A stretch of DNA of 64,000 bases from Octopus sinensis. Its lineage: Eukaryota. A model generated the notes under the pieces. It saw only the letters and a list, made by a program, of their open reading frames with translations, searched no databases and was not told where the DNA came from. The stretch is from contig NC_042997.1 in NCBI RefSeq assembly GCF_006345805.1, positions 32,054,001 to 32,118,000 of the forward strand. Reading direction: 5' to 3'. Numbering within the stretch: position 1 is the stretch's first letter; every line of letters begins with the position of its first letter. Shown here in pieces: positions 51,786 through 64,000 of the stretch. Made by a program: the position numbers and the translations under genes.

Positions 51786-52296
51786 ATGAAAAAAAAAAAA
51801 AATTTATTGGTCTTGGTGATAAGCATTTATCTTGCAAGTTGTGTTTCTGTCTTTGTATGGTTTTGGAGGAAATGTTTATTACGCAACTTTGCTTGTTATT
51901 GGAGTGTGAGTATGTTATTGTGACTTGTGATGTTGTGTGGCTATTATCATTTAGAGTTGTTAATACTGATAATTACTTTGTAAACTATTAAATATGCTTG
52001 TTTCTAGGTTTATGTTGCAGAGTAATGTTGGCCAATTTTCTGCATTCTTTTGGGGTTTTTTACTTTTTTTTATTTCTTTCATTATTTTCTTAATTAGTTA
52101 CTTGTTCATGAGTTTCATTTCTGTTGGTAATATTGTTGTTGTTGTTGTTGTCATTATTGCCATCATCACCACCACTAACACTGTTGTTCATGATTAGCCC
52201 AGATCAGTCTTGATTGTGCATTAAAGACATTCCAGCCATAATCATCCTGTCTTTTTTTCCCCTGATTGTTTCTTTCCTTCATTTTTGTTCAAATAT

Positions 52297-52871
52297 TTAA
52301 CCCTTTCGTTACCAACCCGGCCGAAACCGCCTCTGACTCTGTAGTACAAATATCTTGTTTTCATAAGTTTTGAATGAAAATCTTCCACCAAACCTTAGTC
52401 ACAATTTATGTTCCTAAAACTAGCTTAATGATATGGGATGGAAGCACTCCATCAGTTACGACGACGAGGGTTCCGGTTGATCCAAATCAACGGAACAGCC
52501 TGCTTGTGAAATTAACGTGTAAGTGGCTGAGCACTCCACAGACACGTGTACCCTTAACGTAGTTCTCGGGGATATTCAGCGTGACACAGAGAATGACAAG
52601 GCCGGCCCTTTGAAATACAGGTACAACAGAAACAGGAAGTAAGAGTGAGAGAAAGTTGTAGTGAAAGAGTACAGCAGGGATCACCACCATCCCCTGCCTG
52701 GTCTAGGAATCAAAACCGCGATCTTATGACTGCGAGTCCGCTGCCCTAACCACTGGGCCATTGCGCCTCCACAGCTTAATGATAACTAAGTTATTTTACT
52801 AAATTCTTTGTTATATTTAAAGTAATTGAAAGAAACACATCTCAAAAGAAATATGGTAACAAAATGGTTAA
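52297..52871. mobile_element. TTAA-flanked (piggyBac-like) MITE carrying a nested SINE; uninterrupted relative at ~40800-40996
   Basis: TTAA-ccctttcgttacc ... ggtaacaaaatgg-TTAA. The nested SINE is flanked by the 12-bp duplication agcttaatgata (52422-52433 and 52773-52784). Confidence 0.75.
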
Positions 52872-54333
52872 GACTACATCATCCAATGTGTCCTTCTTTT
52901 AAAACAAAAGGGTCTGATATGATGGGAATTCGGTTGTTATTTCTAATATGCTGAATGATCATGTCAAGGTTTCTTTTTTGTTTTCAAAATTTTATTTCTG
53001 TAGTGTAGTGTTTCAAGTTGCTCCTGGTTTATATCAGAATGGCAGTGTCTTGGGTACAATGCTGGATTTAAACTTGGTGCAGCCTTAAACTCTATAAAGC
53101 TGAACAGCTCCCTAATATGCTAAAAGGTCTACAAAAAAAAATAAATTTGAAAACATGAAAACTCATTTATCTTTCTGTAACATGTTTAGTTATGTCTAAA
53201 CCTGGCACTGCATAAGCGATATATTTTTGGAACTTCTGCAACTATTTTGTACACTAGAGGAACTACACAATAATATTATGTTGATAAGCATTGTTTTGTT
53301 GAATTATATAAACAGTACTTTTGTCTCTTAGTGGAAGTGGTTCCATTGAGATTTTTGGAAATTTGTGAAGAGGTTGTTTTTTTTTTTAATTATTTTATTC
53401 AGTTATGCGTGAGTGTGTTACAATACTGATGATGTGTGGATGGTCATAATACTTGTGATGTCTTGTTTGCTGTGTAGTTATTGTATGTAGGTGTATGAAT
53501 CAGAGAGTAGTATACGGGTTGGAGTTACTGTAGTTAACTTGGTGAGGTATGTGAATTTGTTGATGTGGCTGGTTTAGCCTTTGAAGAGAATTTTAGCTGT
53601 GTGATTCTATTGTTTCCTCTTGAATTGTCTGTATTGTTTTTGTATCGGGTGTATTGGATGCAGTGAAGTATTCACTAATGATAATGTTTATTATTGTTGT
53701 TGTTGCTGCTGTTGTTGTTGCGATAACTATTGTTGTTTGGTCTCTGAGTTACATGATCAAAGAAACTTATGATCAAAGGTGCTGCAGCTATGGCCACCAC
53801 ATCTTTTGAATATCAGAAACTACATTACCTAGTGTGTCTGTTCTTCTTCAGGATGGTAGGGATGTTATTTGAAGGAGATTTGACTACTATTTCTAGTGTT
53901 CATGAAGTTGTTCTAGCTCTGGGCTGGCCAACTAGACTTTTATCTTACAGCCCACTTGATACTTTCTTGAAATGGGTTTACTTAAACAAACATTTGAAAA
54001 ATTTTTATCAAAAATTAAATTTAAAATTTTTATCAAAAATAAAAATGCAAGATACTTCTGTTTTCACAATGATAATTTATAAGTGGCAATAAAGCAATAG
54101 CCTACAATTTTAATATTTTAAACAAACAAAAAGTATGAAAAATTCTTTATTCTGTAATTTGATTATTTGACTGTTAGTGCATAAAATATACAAGAGGCCC
54201 TCAAAAAACTTTCTATGATTAAAGTGGCCCGCAATGTAATTCGAGTTGGGCAGACCTGTCCTAGTTGGAGGGGAGTAGCTCAGTTAGAAGGTTGGTGAGA
54301 TTAATTGTGATACACACACACATACACAAACAC

Positions 54334-54364
<31 letters not shown>

Positions 54365-54570
54365 TACATTCATTTATTTGTTTGTTTCAGTCATTTGACT
54401 GCAGCCATGCTGGAGCACTGCTTTTAGTCGAACAAATTTCTCCCAGGACTAATTCTTTGTAAGCCTAGTACTTATTATATCAGTCTCTTTTGCTGAACTG
54501 CTAAGTTATGAGGACATAAACACACCAACATTGGTTGTCAAGTGATGATGGGGAAACAAACACATACACA

Positions 54571-54613
<43 letters not shown>

Positions 54614-54660
54614 TTACTTACTTACACACACACATGCACACACACACACATATATATATG

Positions 54661-55213
54661 TCTGGCCACTTTCGAATGCTACTGGTAACATGTAACCCAG
54701 TACAACCTGTTGCATGGTCAGGTCGTCGGCGACTAAACCGGCAACCCCACCAAGCTTGCTTGGTGAGGAGGGTGTTTATTGGACACCCTGCGGGATGAAA
54801 CACAAAACCCGTCAAAGGGCGGAGGAACTCTTGAGAGTCAATGGCCATACAATTAATGCCTTAAGGCTGTATATGCGCGGGGACATAGAAATAATTGGAC
54901 TGAATACCCGATCGCGCGGTTAAACCATTGGGAGTGAAGGACTCCTAGCCTTTGTTAGGGCATCCTTCTAGGAGAAGGTAACTCAGGTAACTGGGATAAC
55001 TCCAATATAAAACCTGTGGCTCAGTGGTTACCGATGATGTTGACTTGTTCTTCTTTTCGGATTATGGCTGCTGTTGCTTAGTGAGTGGGATTAACTCAGT
55101 GCACAGCCTTTCCTCATTTAAAAAAAAATCTTCTTGCACAGGCATTGCACAATAACAACATTGATTAAGCTTCGTGCAATGGCCATACTCAATAACGAGG
55201 GGGCAACCGCCAT
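54661..55213 (+). mobile_element. Short non-coding RTE-derived bipartite element (partial copy at 37547-37872)
   Basis: GC-richer leader joined directly to the terminus seen at 44941-44985. The same order occurs at 37547-37872. Confidence 0.6.
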
Positions 55214-55384
55214 ATATATATACACAACAGGCTTCTTTCAGTTTCTGTCTACCAAATCCACTCACAAGGCTTTGGTCAGCCTGAGGCTATAGTAGAAGAT
55301 GCTTGCCCAAGGTGCCACACAGTGGGACTGAACCTGGAACCATGTGGTTAGGAAGCAAGCTACTTACCACACAAACATTCCTGT

Positions 55385-55550
55385 GTTTATATATATTATA
55401 ATCGTATATATTATGATTATATTATATTATATTATATTACATAATATTATATTATATTATATAGTATTATATTATTATATTATATTATATTATATTATAT
55501 TATATTATATTTTATTATATTATATTATATTATATTATATATATATTATA
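55385..55550. repeat. (TATTA)n AT-only microsatellite
   Basis: Direct reading. Confidence 0.9.
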
Positions 55551-55858
55551 TTGTTTTTGTGTTCATTTCTATTTTGAATATCATGTTAAGTATTTGGGTG
55601 TCATTAAGATATTTGTTAAATGTAGGATTTTGTGCAAGTTACAATCATCTGTCTCCTGCATCTCTATATACACCAGATAAACCAAGATAGATTTAGTCTG
55701 CTTTGGTTTATCATATGTGATTAGGAATAAAAGAGTTTCTGTAATGGGATACCAACATTATTATTTTTGTATGACGGTAACATGAACATTGCGTTTGAAG
55801 CTGAAGTTCTTAGTTCTGTAAAATTACTACATTTTTTTCAAGGTTGCTATATTGCTGA

Positions 55859-55900
<42 letters not shown>

Positions 55901-56854
55901 TGTGTTTAAGACGTTGTATATTGGTTGTTGTTCAATCTTGATCAAGCAGATCTATGATTAAATACACTCTCTGCCATAACCCTTCTATCTTTTTTAGTTG
56001 TATCTAATATGCATTTCTTATTTTAAGACAATACGTTTGCTAAGGGAGATTTGGCTGCTATTTCTACCATGTTAAACAACCATGTAGAAGCTTTCCATTT
56101 TTGTTGGTATTGCATGGTGTGCAACATGATTTTTTCTAAAGCAAGGAGGAGGAAACTTTCATAGAAAGACAATGGTGTTATTCCTATTTACTACACTATT
56201 TTGTGGTTGTTCAAGATATATTAAAGAGCTTTTGTTCTCTATATATATGGATGACAGCTTTAGGCTGTTTACTCTACTTAATTGACATTATCTTTGTATG
56301 TCCTTCTAGTTTGAGAGACAATACTTTACATCCATTTAGGCAAACCTAGATTGGAAGACAAAACATAATGAAAATGTCACCAAAATCTTGAAAGACCAGT
56401 GCTTAGCTGAAGTTTTATGTCTTTAAGCAGTTACAAGATAATCTAATTGATAAGAAACTGGTATATCGCAGTCAATATTCACAAAAGATCTAATGTCTAT
56501 TCCCAATAGGTGGATGAACTGAGAGACATAGACTTAAGTATATTGTCTAACTATTCAATGAAACATCTACAGGTGATTTGCACTGAATATTGACGAGGTG
56601 ATGATGTAATATTGTTATTTTTCTACTTATTTCATTTATACTGACATGTGTACTGGGGATATTCACAGGAGATATTTGATTTCAAATATCATAGATTTGT
56701 GCTTGATAGGAAATACATTAAACGAAAGCTTGTTCTTTGGGGATGCATTATTAAAGAAAAGAGATTGGACTATGAGCTTATGATCACTGAAGTGGTCCAA
56801 ATCCACTGTACTTTTGTAAACTGTATGTGTATGCAAACACAAGCATATATATGT

Positions 56855-56856
<2 letters not shown>

Positions 56857-56915
<59 letters not shown>

Positions 56916-56916
56916 G

Positions 56917-57003
<87 letters not shown>

Positions 57004-57084
57004 AATCTATCTATCTATCTATCTAGTTATCTATCTATCTATATACCTATCTATCTATGTCTGTCTGTCTATCTATCTACCTAC

Positions 57085-57178
<94 letters not shown>

Positions 57179-57205
57179 GTCTGTCTATTTATCTATCTAC
57201 CTATC
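56857..57205. repeat. (CTAT)n microsatellite
   Basis: Direct reading. Confidence 0.95.
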
Positions 57206-57504
57206 TGTCTATATCTCTCTCTATGTATATATTCATGGAAGTACTAGTTTATTTTAATATGTATTAATCGAAGTGTACAGTATTGTGTGTATATATATAT
57301 ATATATATAAATGGAGTTAAACACAGGTGTAATTCAAATTCTTTTACTTTTGACACATGTTTCGAAGATATCACTGATATTATTCCAAAGGAAAAAATGG
57401 TGTGACTTTTTTGTTACTCTGGTAACTATTTATCTATTTTTTTGTGTTTATTGTTAACAAGGGGAAAATACACACATCTATTTATATATATATATATATT
57501 ATAT

Positions 57505-57555
<51 letters not shown>

Positions 57556-57561
57556 TATATG

Positions 57562-57636
<75 letters not shown>

Positions 57637-57637
<1 letters not shown>

Positions 57638-58199
57638 CCAGCGACCGAGACCTTTGAAAATATGCTGTATGTGAGAAGACCAGGCAGGACAAGTGAGCCC
57701 AGCCCACTTATGAATGCCTTTCCTCCCTTGGACACAAAGACCTGTTGAGGCAAGTGAAGTCGATATAGAACCTCATCCGACGACAGGCACCCATGCCAAT
57801 CCCCTTTGCTTGCGAAGACATGTTGGGGCAAGCAAAATCGAAATTGAATTGAACCAGCCAGGATCCCTGGTCTGGTGGTACGTAAAAAGCACTATCCGAC
57901 TCGTGGCCGATGCCAGCGCCGCCTCGACTGGCTTCCGTGCCAGTGGCAAAAAAAATACACCAATCCGACCGTGGCCGTTGCCAGCCTCGCTTGGCACCTG
58001 TGCAGGTGGCACGTAAAAAGCACCCACTACACTCACGGAGTGGTTGGCGTTAGGAAGGGCATCCAGCTGTAGAAACATTGCCAGATAAGACTGGCGCCTG
58101 GTGCAGCCTTCTGGCTTCCCAGATCCCCGGTCGAACTGTCCAACTCATGCTAGCATGGAGAACGGACGTTAAACGATGATGATGATGATGATGATGATG

Positions 58200-58200
<1 letters not shown>
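57637..58200 (+). mobile_element. 5'-truncated RTE copy (ORF end plus 3' UTR) inside (TA)n
   Basis: Begins gaccagcgaccgagacc (last RT codons), has the same UTR start as the 62060 copy and a (GAT)n tail. TA arrays on both sides. Confidence 0.9.
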
Positions 58201-58245
<45 letters not shown>

Positions 58246-58578
58246 GTATGTATGTTATGTATGTATGTTATGTATGTATGTATTATCTTTTATCTTTTAC
58301 TTGTTTCAGTCATTAGACTGTGACCATGCAGGGACACCATCTTGAAGAATTTTAGCCAAATGAATTAACCCCCAGTACTTATTCTTTTTAAGCCCTGTTC
58401 TCATTCTATCTGTCTCTTTTGCTGACTCACTAAGTTACAAGGATGTAAACACACCAACACAAGTTGTCAAGCTATTGTGGAGGACAAAGACACACACATA
58501 GATTTATACATACATACATACATACATACATACATACATACATACATACATACATACATACATACATACATACATACA

Positions 58579-58611
<33 letters not shown>

Positions 58612-58790
58612 TTGATGCATTTCTTTCAGTTTCCATCTACCAAATCCATTCACAAGGTGCCACACTGTGAGGCTGAAACCAGAACCATGTGGTTGGGAAG
58701 CAAACTTCTTACCAGAAACCCATGCCAATAAATGTGTGTGTGTGGTGTGTGTGTGTGCATGTGTGTGTATTATATATATATATATATATA

Positions 58791-59327
58791 GTGACGCATA
58801 TTTGCCATTTGAATATGGCTAACCCCTAAGGGTGGATGCTACTGTAGTTTGTAGCCCCAGGAAGATATCTCCTCCAGCTGGCTATCATCAGCGTATGACA
58901 ATCATGGTTGTCGACGAGAAGACAGCTCCCTTCACAAATACATATACTTTTTCCAGTGTCGATTGACACTGATATTGAAAAAGTGAAATCAAACAATGAT
59001 AAATCTCAGAGCGAGTTATAAACAGTAGCGGTAACACATCGTGACGCATATTTGCCATTTGAATATGGCTAACCCCTGATGATAGGTAAACACCTTGAAA
59101 CTCGAGTCCGTGTGTATCATGAGTTGAAGACGGGGAGGATGACTTCCCTTCACAAATACTGAGAGGGCACAGATAGGGTGTCTATAGCCAGCTGGAGGAG
59201 ATATCTTCCTGGGGCTACAAACTACAGTAGCATCCACCCTTAGGGGTTAGCCATATTCAAATGGCAAATACGCATCACGATGTGTTACCACTACTGTTTA
59301 TAACTCGCTCTGAGATTTATCATTGTT
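58791..59327. repeat. Direct plus inverted rearranged repeat cluster
   Basis: 58791-58885 and 58992-59077 are each mirrored in 59185-59327. Confidence 0.88.
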
Positions 59328-59346
59328 ATATATATATATATATATA

Positions 59347-62300
59347 TGCCCCTCAGCCAGGGCTACCCGATGGACAGAAAGACAGTTTCTATGACACCCT
59401 ACTGCAGACCACCTCATCGACGAACGACAGGGACCTTCTCTTTGTGGCTGGTGATTTCAATGGGCATGTTGGACGACATGCTGGGGGCTTCCATGGCGTA
59501 CATGGAGGCTACGGTTATGGTTCCCGCAACGAGGAGGGAACCAGGCTGCTGGAGTTCTGCGATGCGAATAGTCTTATGGTCTGCAACACTAACTTCAGGA
59601 AACCAACAAGCCACCTGGTCACCTACCGATCGGGCCGGCATACTAGCCAAATCGACTACATCCTTGCCAGAAAAAGGGAAAGATGGCTGCTTAAAAATGC
59701 CAAAACCTTCCCAGGCGAAGAATGCACCCCACAACATAGACTGGTAGTTAGTGACTTTAGGATCAGACTAAGAGGGCGACTAGAAGACGACCAACATGGA
59801 GAAGAAGGGTCTGGAAGCTTAAAGCCCCTGCGAATGGACAGAGATTTAGAGATATGTTACTTGAAGCCTTTGACGAAGTGGAAGGGGGTATAGCTACACA
59901 TGGGGTAGAAGACAACTGGACGTTTCTGAGGGACAACCTGCTGAAAGCCGCTGACCAGATCTGTGGCTGGTGCAAAGTCCCCTTAAGACCCAAAATAAAC
60001 GTGGTGGTGGAACAATATTGTTGACAGGGCTATTAGACAAAGAAACAGGCTTGGAAGGCCTGGAAGAACGGTGGTAGCAGGGAAGGGTATCAGACTGCCA
60101 GAAGGGAAGCTAGAAGACAGGTCTATCTAGCCAGAGGGGAAGCAGATAAGAGAAAATTTGCCAATGTCCTGCGCCGTGAGGATGAAAGACTTGAGGTATT
60201 TCGTGTTGCAAGACAGTGTGTGAGAGAGAATCGTGATGTGGTAGGAGAGAAATGTGTTCGCATGGAGGATGGTTCACTTGCGCTAAATGAGGATGCAAAG
60301 AGAGAAGCTTGGAGACGCCACTATGAAAGGTTACTGAATGAGGAAAATGAATGGGATAAAGAGAGTCTGCCGAATGTTGACCCTACAGAGGGACCAGCTA
60401 TCCGAGTTGATAGTTCCGTGGTAGCTAAGGCAATTAGAAGCATGAAGACAGGGAAAGCCCCAGGCCCATCAGGAATTACTGCAGAGATGCTCAAAATATC
60501 TGGCAGTGTCGGCTATAACCTAGTCACCCGTATAGTCAACCAGGTGATACACGAAGGAGTCATACCCAATGACTGGTGCAGCAGCATACTAGTCAACTGC
60601 TACAAAGGTAAAGGTGATGCCCTAGATACAAATAATTACAGAGGTATCAAGCTGTTGGATCAAGTAATGAAGGTTACGGAGAGGGTCATAGCCCAACTAA
60701 TTAGAGAGAGAGTTAGTTTAGATGAGATGCAGTTTGGGTTCGTGCCAGGAAAAAGTACCACTGATGCTATATTCCTGGTAAGGCAGCTGCAGGAGAAATA
60801 CCTAGCCAAAGATAAGCCCCTGTACCTGGCTTTCGTTGACATGGAGAAAGCTTTTGATAGGGTCCCCCGATCCCTTATCTGGTGGTCAATGAGGAAACTA
60901 GGGATAGATGAATGGCTGGTGAGGACTGTGCAAGCCATGTACAGAGATGCCGTAAGTAAGGTTAGGGTTGGCAACATGTACACAGAAGAATTCAAAGTAG
61001 AGGTTGGGGTCCACCAGGGTTCAGTACTCAGCCCCCTCCTATTTATCATAGTACTCCAGGCAATTACGGAGGAATTCAAGACAGGCTGTCCCTGGGAGCT
61101 CCTCTACGCTGACGACCTTGCTCTTATTGCTGAGTCACTATCAGAACTGGAGGAGAAGTTCCAGGTGTGGAAGGAGGGTTTAGAATCAAGGGGCCTTAGA
61201 GTCAACCTAGCTAAAACCAAAGTACTAATAAGTAGAAAGGTAGACAATCCACAAATATCTTCAGGAAGATGGCCCTGTTCGATCTGTAGAAAAGGTGTAG
61301 GTAGAAACTCTATAAGATGTACCCAGTGTAAGCTATGGACACATAAGAGGTGCAGCAATGTCAAAGGTAGGCTAACTGGGAAGATAGTTTTTGTATGTGG
61401 CAGATGCTCGGGAGCATTAACCTCCGAAAATCTGCAGAAAACAACTTCCGTCACTTTCCAGGGGGAAAAACTAGAAGTAGTTGATAGCTTCCGTTATCTA
61501 GGTGATCAAGTCAGTAGTGGGGGTGGGTGCGCTGAAAGTGTAACTGCTAGAATAAGAATAGCCTGGGCAAAGTTTAGGGAGCTCTTACCTCTGCTGGTGA
61601 CTAAAGGCCTCTCGCTCAGAGTAAAAGGCAGACTGTATGATGCGTGTGTACGAACAGCCATGCTACATGGCAGCGAAACATGGGCTGTGACTGCTGAGGA
61701 CATGCGTAAGCTCGTGAGGAATGAAGCCAGTATGCTCCGATGGATGTGTAATGTCAGTGTACATACTCGACAGAGCGTTAGCACCTTGAGAGAAATGTTG
61801 TACCTAAGAAGCATCAGTTGTGGTGTGCAAGAGAGACGATTGCGCTGGTATGGTCATGTGGCGAGAATGGATGAAGATAGGTGTGTGAGAAAGTGCCAAT
61901 CCCTAGCAGTTGAGGGAACCCGTGGAAGAGGTAGACCCAGGAGAACCTGGGACGAGGTGGTGAAGCACGACCTTCGAACTTTAAGCCTCACTGAGGAAAT
62001 GACCAGAGACCGAGACCTTTGGAAATATTCTGTACGTGAGAAGACCAGGCAGGACAAGTGAGCCCAGCCCACTTATGAATGCCTTTCCTCCCTTGGACAC
62101 AAAGACCGGTTGAGGCAAGCGAAGTCGATATAGAACCTCATCCGACGACAGACACCCATCCCAACCCCCCATGCTTGCGAAGACATGTTGGGGCAAGCGA
62201 AATCGAAATCGAAATCGAAACCGAATTGAACCAGCCAGGATCCCTGCCTGGTGGTACGTAAAAAGCACTATCCGACTCGGGGCCGTGGCACGTAAAATAC

Positions 62301-62888
62301 TCCAATGCGACCGTACGACAGGCACCCATGCCAACCCCCTTTGCTGTGAAGACATGTTGGGGCAAGCGAAATCGAAATTGAATTGAACCAGCCAGGATCC
62401 CTGGTCTGGTGGTACGTAAAAAGCACTATCCGACTCGTGGCCGTGGCACGTAAAATACTCCAATGCGACCGTACGACAGGCACCCTTGCCAACCCCCTTT
62501 GCTTGTGAAGACATGTTGGGGCAAGCGAAATCGAAATCGAATTGAACCAGCCAGGATCCCTGGTCTGGTGGTACGTAAAAAGCACTATCCGACTCGTGGC
62601 CGATGCCAGCACCGCCTCGACTGGCTTCCGTGCCGGTGGCACATAAAATACACCAATCTGACCGTGGCCGTTGCCAGCCCCGCCTGGCACCTGTGCAGGT
62701 GGCACGTAAAAAGCACCCACTACACTCACGGAGTGGTTGGCGTTAGGAAGGGCATCCAGCTGTAGAAACATTGCCAAATTAGACTGGAGCCTGGTGCAGC
62801 CTTCTGGCTTCCCAGAACCCCGGTCGAACCGTCCAACCCATGCTAGCATGGAGAACGGACGTTAAACGACGATGATGATGATGATGAT
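59347..62888 (+). mobile_element. RTE-clade LINE, 5'-truncated within the APE domain, with frameshifts in the APE-RT linker, intact RT, VNTR-bearing 3' UTR and (GAT)n tail
   Basis: APE motifs YAPQ, GDFNGHVG, SQIDYIL, QHRL. RT ORF 60220-62061 with NYRGIKLL, QFGF, DMEKAFDRV, GVHQGS, YADD, FRYLG. Frame breaks near 59770 and 60000. Confidence 0.95.
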
Positions 62889-63050
62889 ATATATGCTGAA
62901 TAAGTGCTATAGACAGACCATAGTTAACTTCCAGATTCGGTAATATTGTGAAACGTTGGTTCTATATCAGCGTGTGTATAAATGAATTTTTTGCGTAATG
63001 AGATAAAAAAACCAAGGCTGTATAGATATTAGAGCATTTATAGATAGAAG

Positions 63051-63102
63051 GTCTTACAGCTGTTTCTAGGATATCAATTAATAATATCCCTTCATCGGAG
63101 AC
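63051..63102 (-). ncRNA. Type I hammerhead fold with U4C change (CCGATGA)
   Basis: Minus strand: GTCT-CCGATGA-aGGGATATT...GATATCCTa-GAAAC AGCT GT-A-AGAC. Palindromic stem III ACAGCTGT; A-A mismatch at the base of stem II. Confidence 0.65.
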
Positions 63103-64000
63103 TGTGTGAGAGGAAAAATTAAGTCATAGTTAGTTTCGATGTGATACAAATAGAGAGTAAGGTGGAGGAAAAAAATAGATGTAAGATATGTATGGGTATT
63201 GAATTCGTAAATCAGTTTTATAGGCATAATGGTATATATGCAATATTCCAATATCCTATGAGTAAAGTCCAGCAGAGTTTAAAATGAGTCCATCCAGATA
63301 TAGAGTTTATAAGCAATGTAAGATTCTCTTAAAGTTGGTCATTCCCAATAGGGAATTTATATAGTGTAGCCTGCACAGAAAAGGTACCCACTACATTCTT
63401 GGAGTGGTTGACATTAGGAATGGCATTTAGCCATAGAAACCAAGCCAAAATCACACTGGAACCTGATACAGCTCTTTGGCTTACCAGTTCCAGTCAAGCT
63501 GTCTAACCCATGCCAGTATGGAAAATAGATGCTAAATGATGATGATGATGATGATGATGATGAGCTTGTGAATAGTTGAGCATTGTATTTGACAGAGTAA
63601 CCTAAATGCTAAAGGTTAAAACGGTCTGATATCAAATAAATTAGCATTGAATCGGTGACACCAAGTATGCAGGTAGAATATTGTTATTTCACTTCTAAGT
63701 GAGCACTACTTCATGAGCTCGAGAAGGCCAAGTCAACAACCGTGTTGAATCACTATACAAACTGTTGATGGACTTTGCACTCAACCTATCTGTATGTAAA
63801 TATTATTGAGTACAGTAAGCATAATTTACAGCTGCTGTTTAAATGCTGTAGGAAAAATGTATAACTGATGTTTTGGTACTTTGCAGTATGGAGTCCAGTT
63901 ATTCGTATATGAAACTGGAAAATGTAACTGAAGCTTCACAGAATACTGGAAATCGATGACACTGCTTGATAATGGTGACTCTTGTTTTATTACCATCATG

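Noticed and set aside
54661-54745. Possible HDV-like ribozyme at the leader of the bipartite element
   Set aside because: Could not assemble P1, P2, P3 and P1.1 in canonical order and spacing by hand.
58825-58895. Hammerhead-like CTGATGA-TAGCC...GGCTA-CAAAC on the minus strand
   Set aside because: G12 is C, stem I does not pair, and the inverted copy at 59185 lacks CTGATGA, so the core word appears to be a junction coincidence.
63868-63975. Acceptor-like tttgcag followed by an ATG mini-ORF (MESSYSYMKLENVTEASQNTGNR)
   Set aside because: All three frames stop before a donor; no homology recognised; at the window edge.

Overview
AT-rich, repeat-dense animal genomic DNA, most likely an octopod cephalopod. 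That assignment is inferred from tRNA/CORE-type SINEs resembling octopus OR families and from RTE LINEs with (GAT)n tails. One host gene was reconstructed by hand: TRUB2 (mitochondrial TruB-family pseudouridine synthase) on the minus strand, with 8 coding exons from 27082 to 7963, 987 nt, 328 aa. All introns are GT-AG and the phases are consistent. The rest is nested mobile DNA: RTE LINEs with a PHD-like finger inside the RT, CR1-like and R4/Dong-like remnants, a Penelope-like GIY-YIG remnant, Helitron, Tc1/mariner and TTAA-flanked MITEs, several SINE families and very long microsatellites. The strongest hidden signal is five minimal type I hammerhead-ribozyme folds from at least four unrelated sequence families. 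Two have intact catalytic cores and lie sense within TRUB2 introns. A second theme is a composite SINE whose internal microsatellite acts as a landing pad for other elements. All structures and alignments were made by eye; no searches or folding programs were run.
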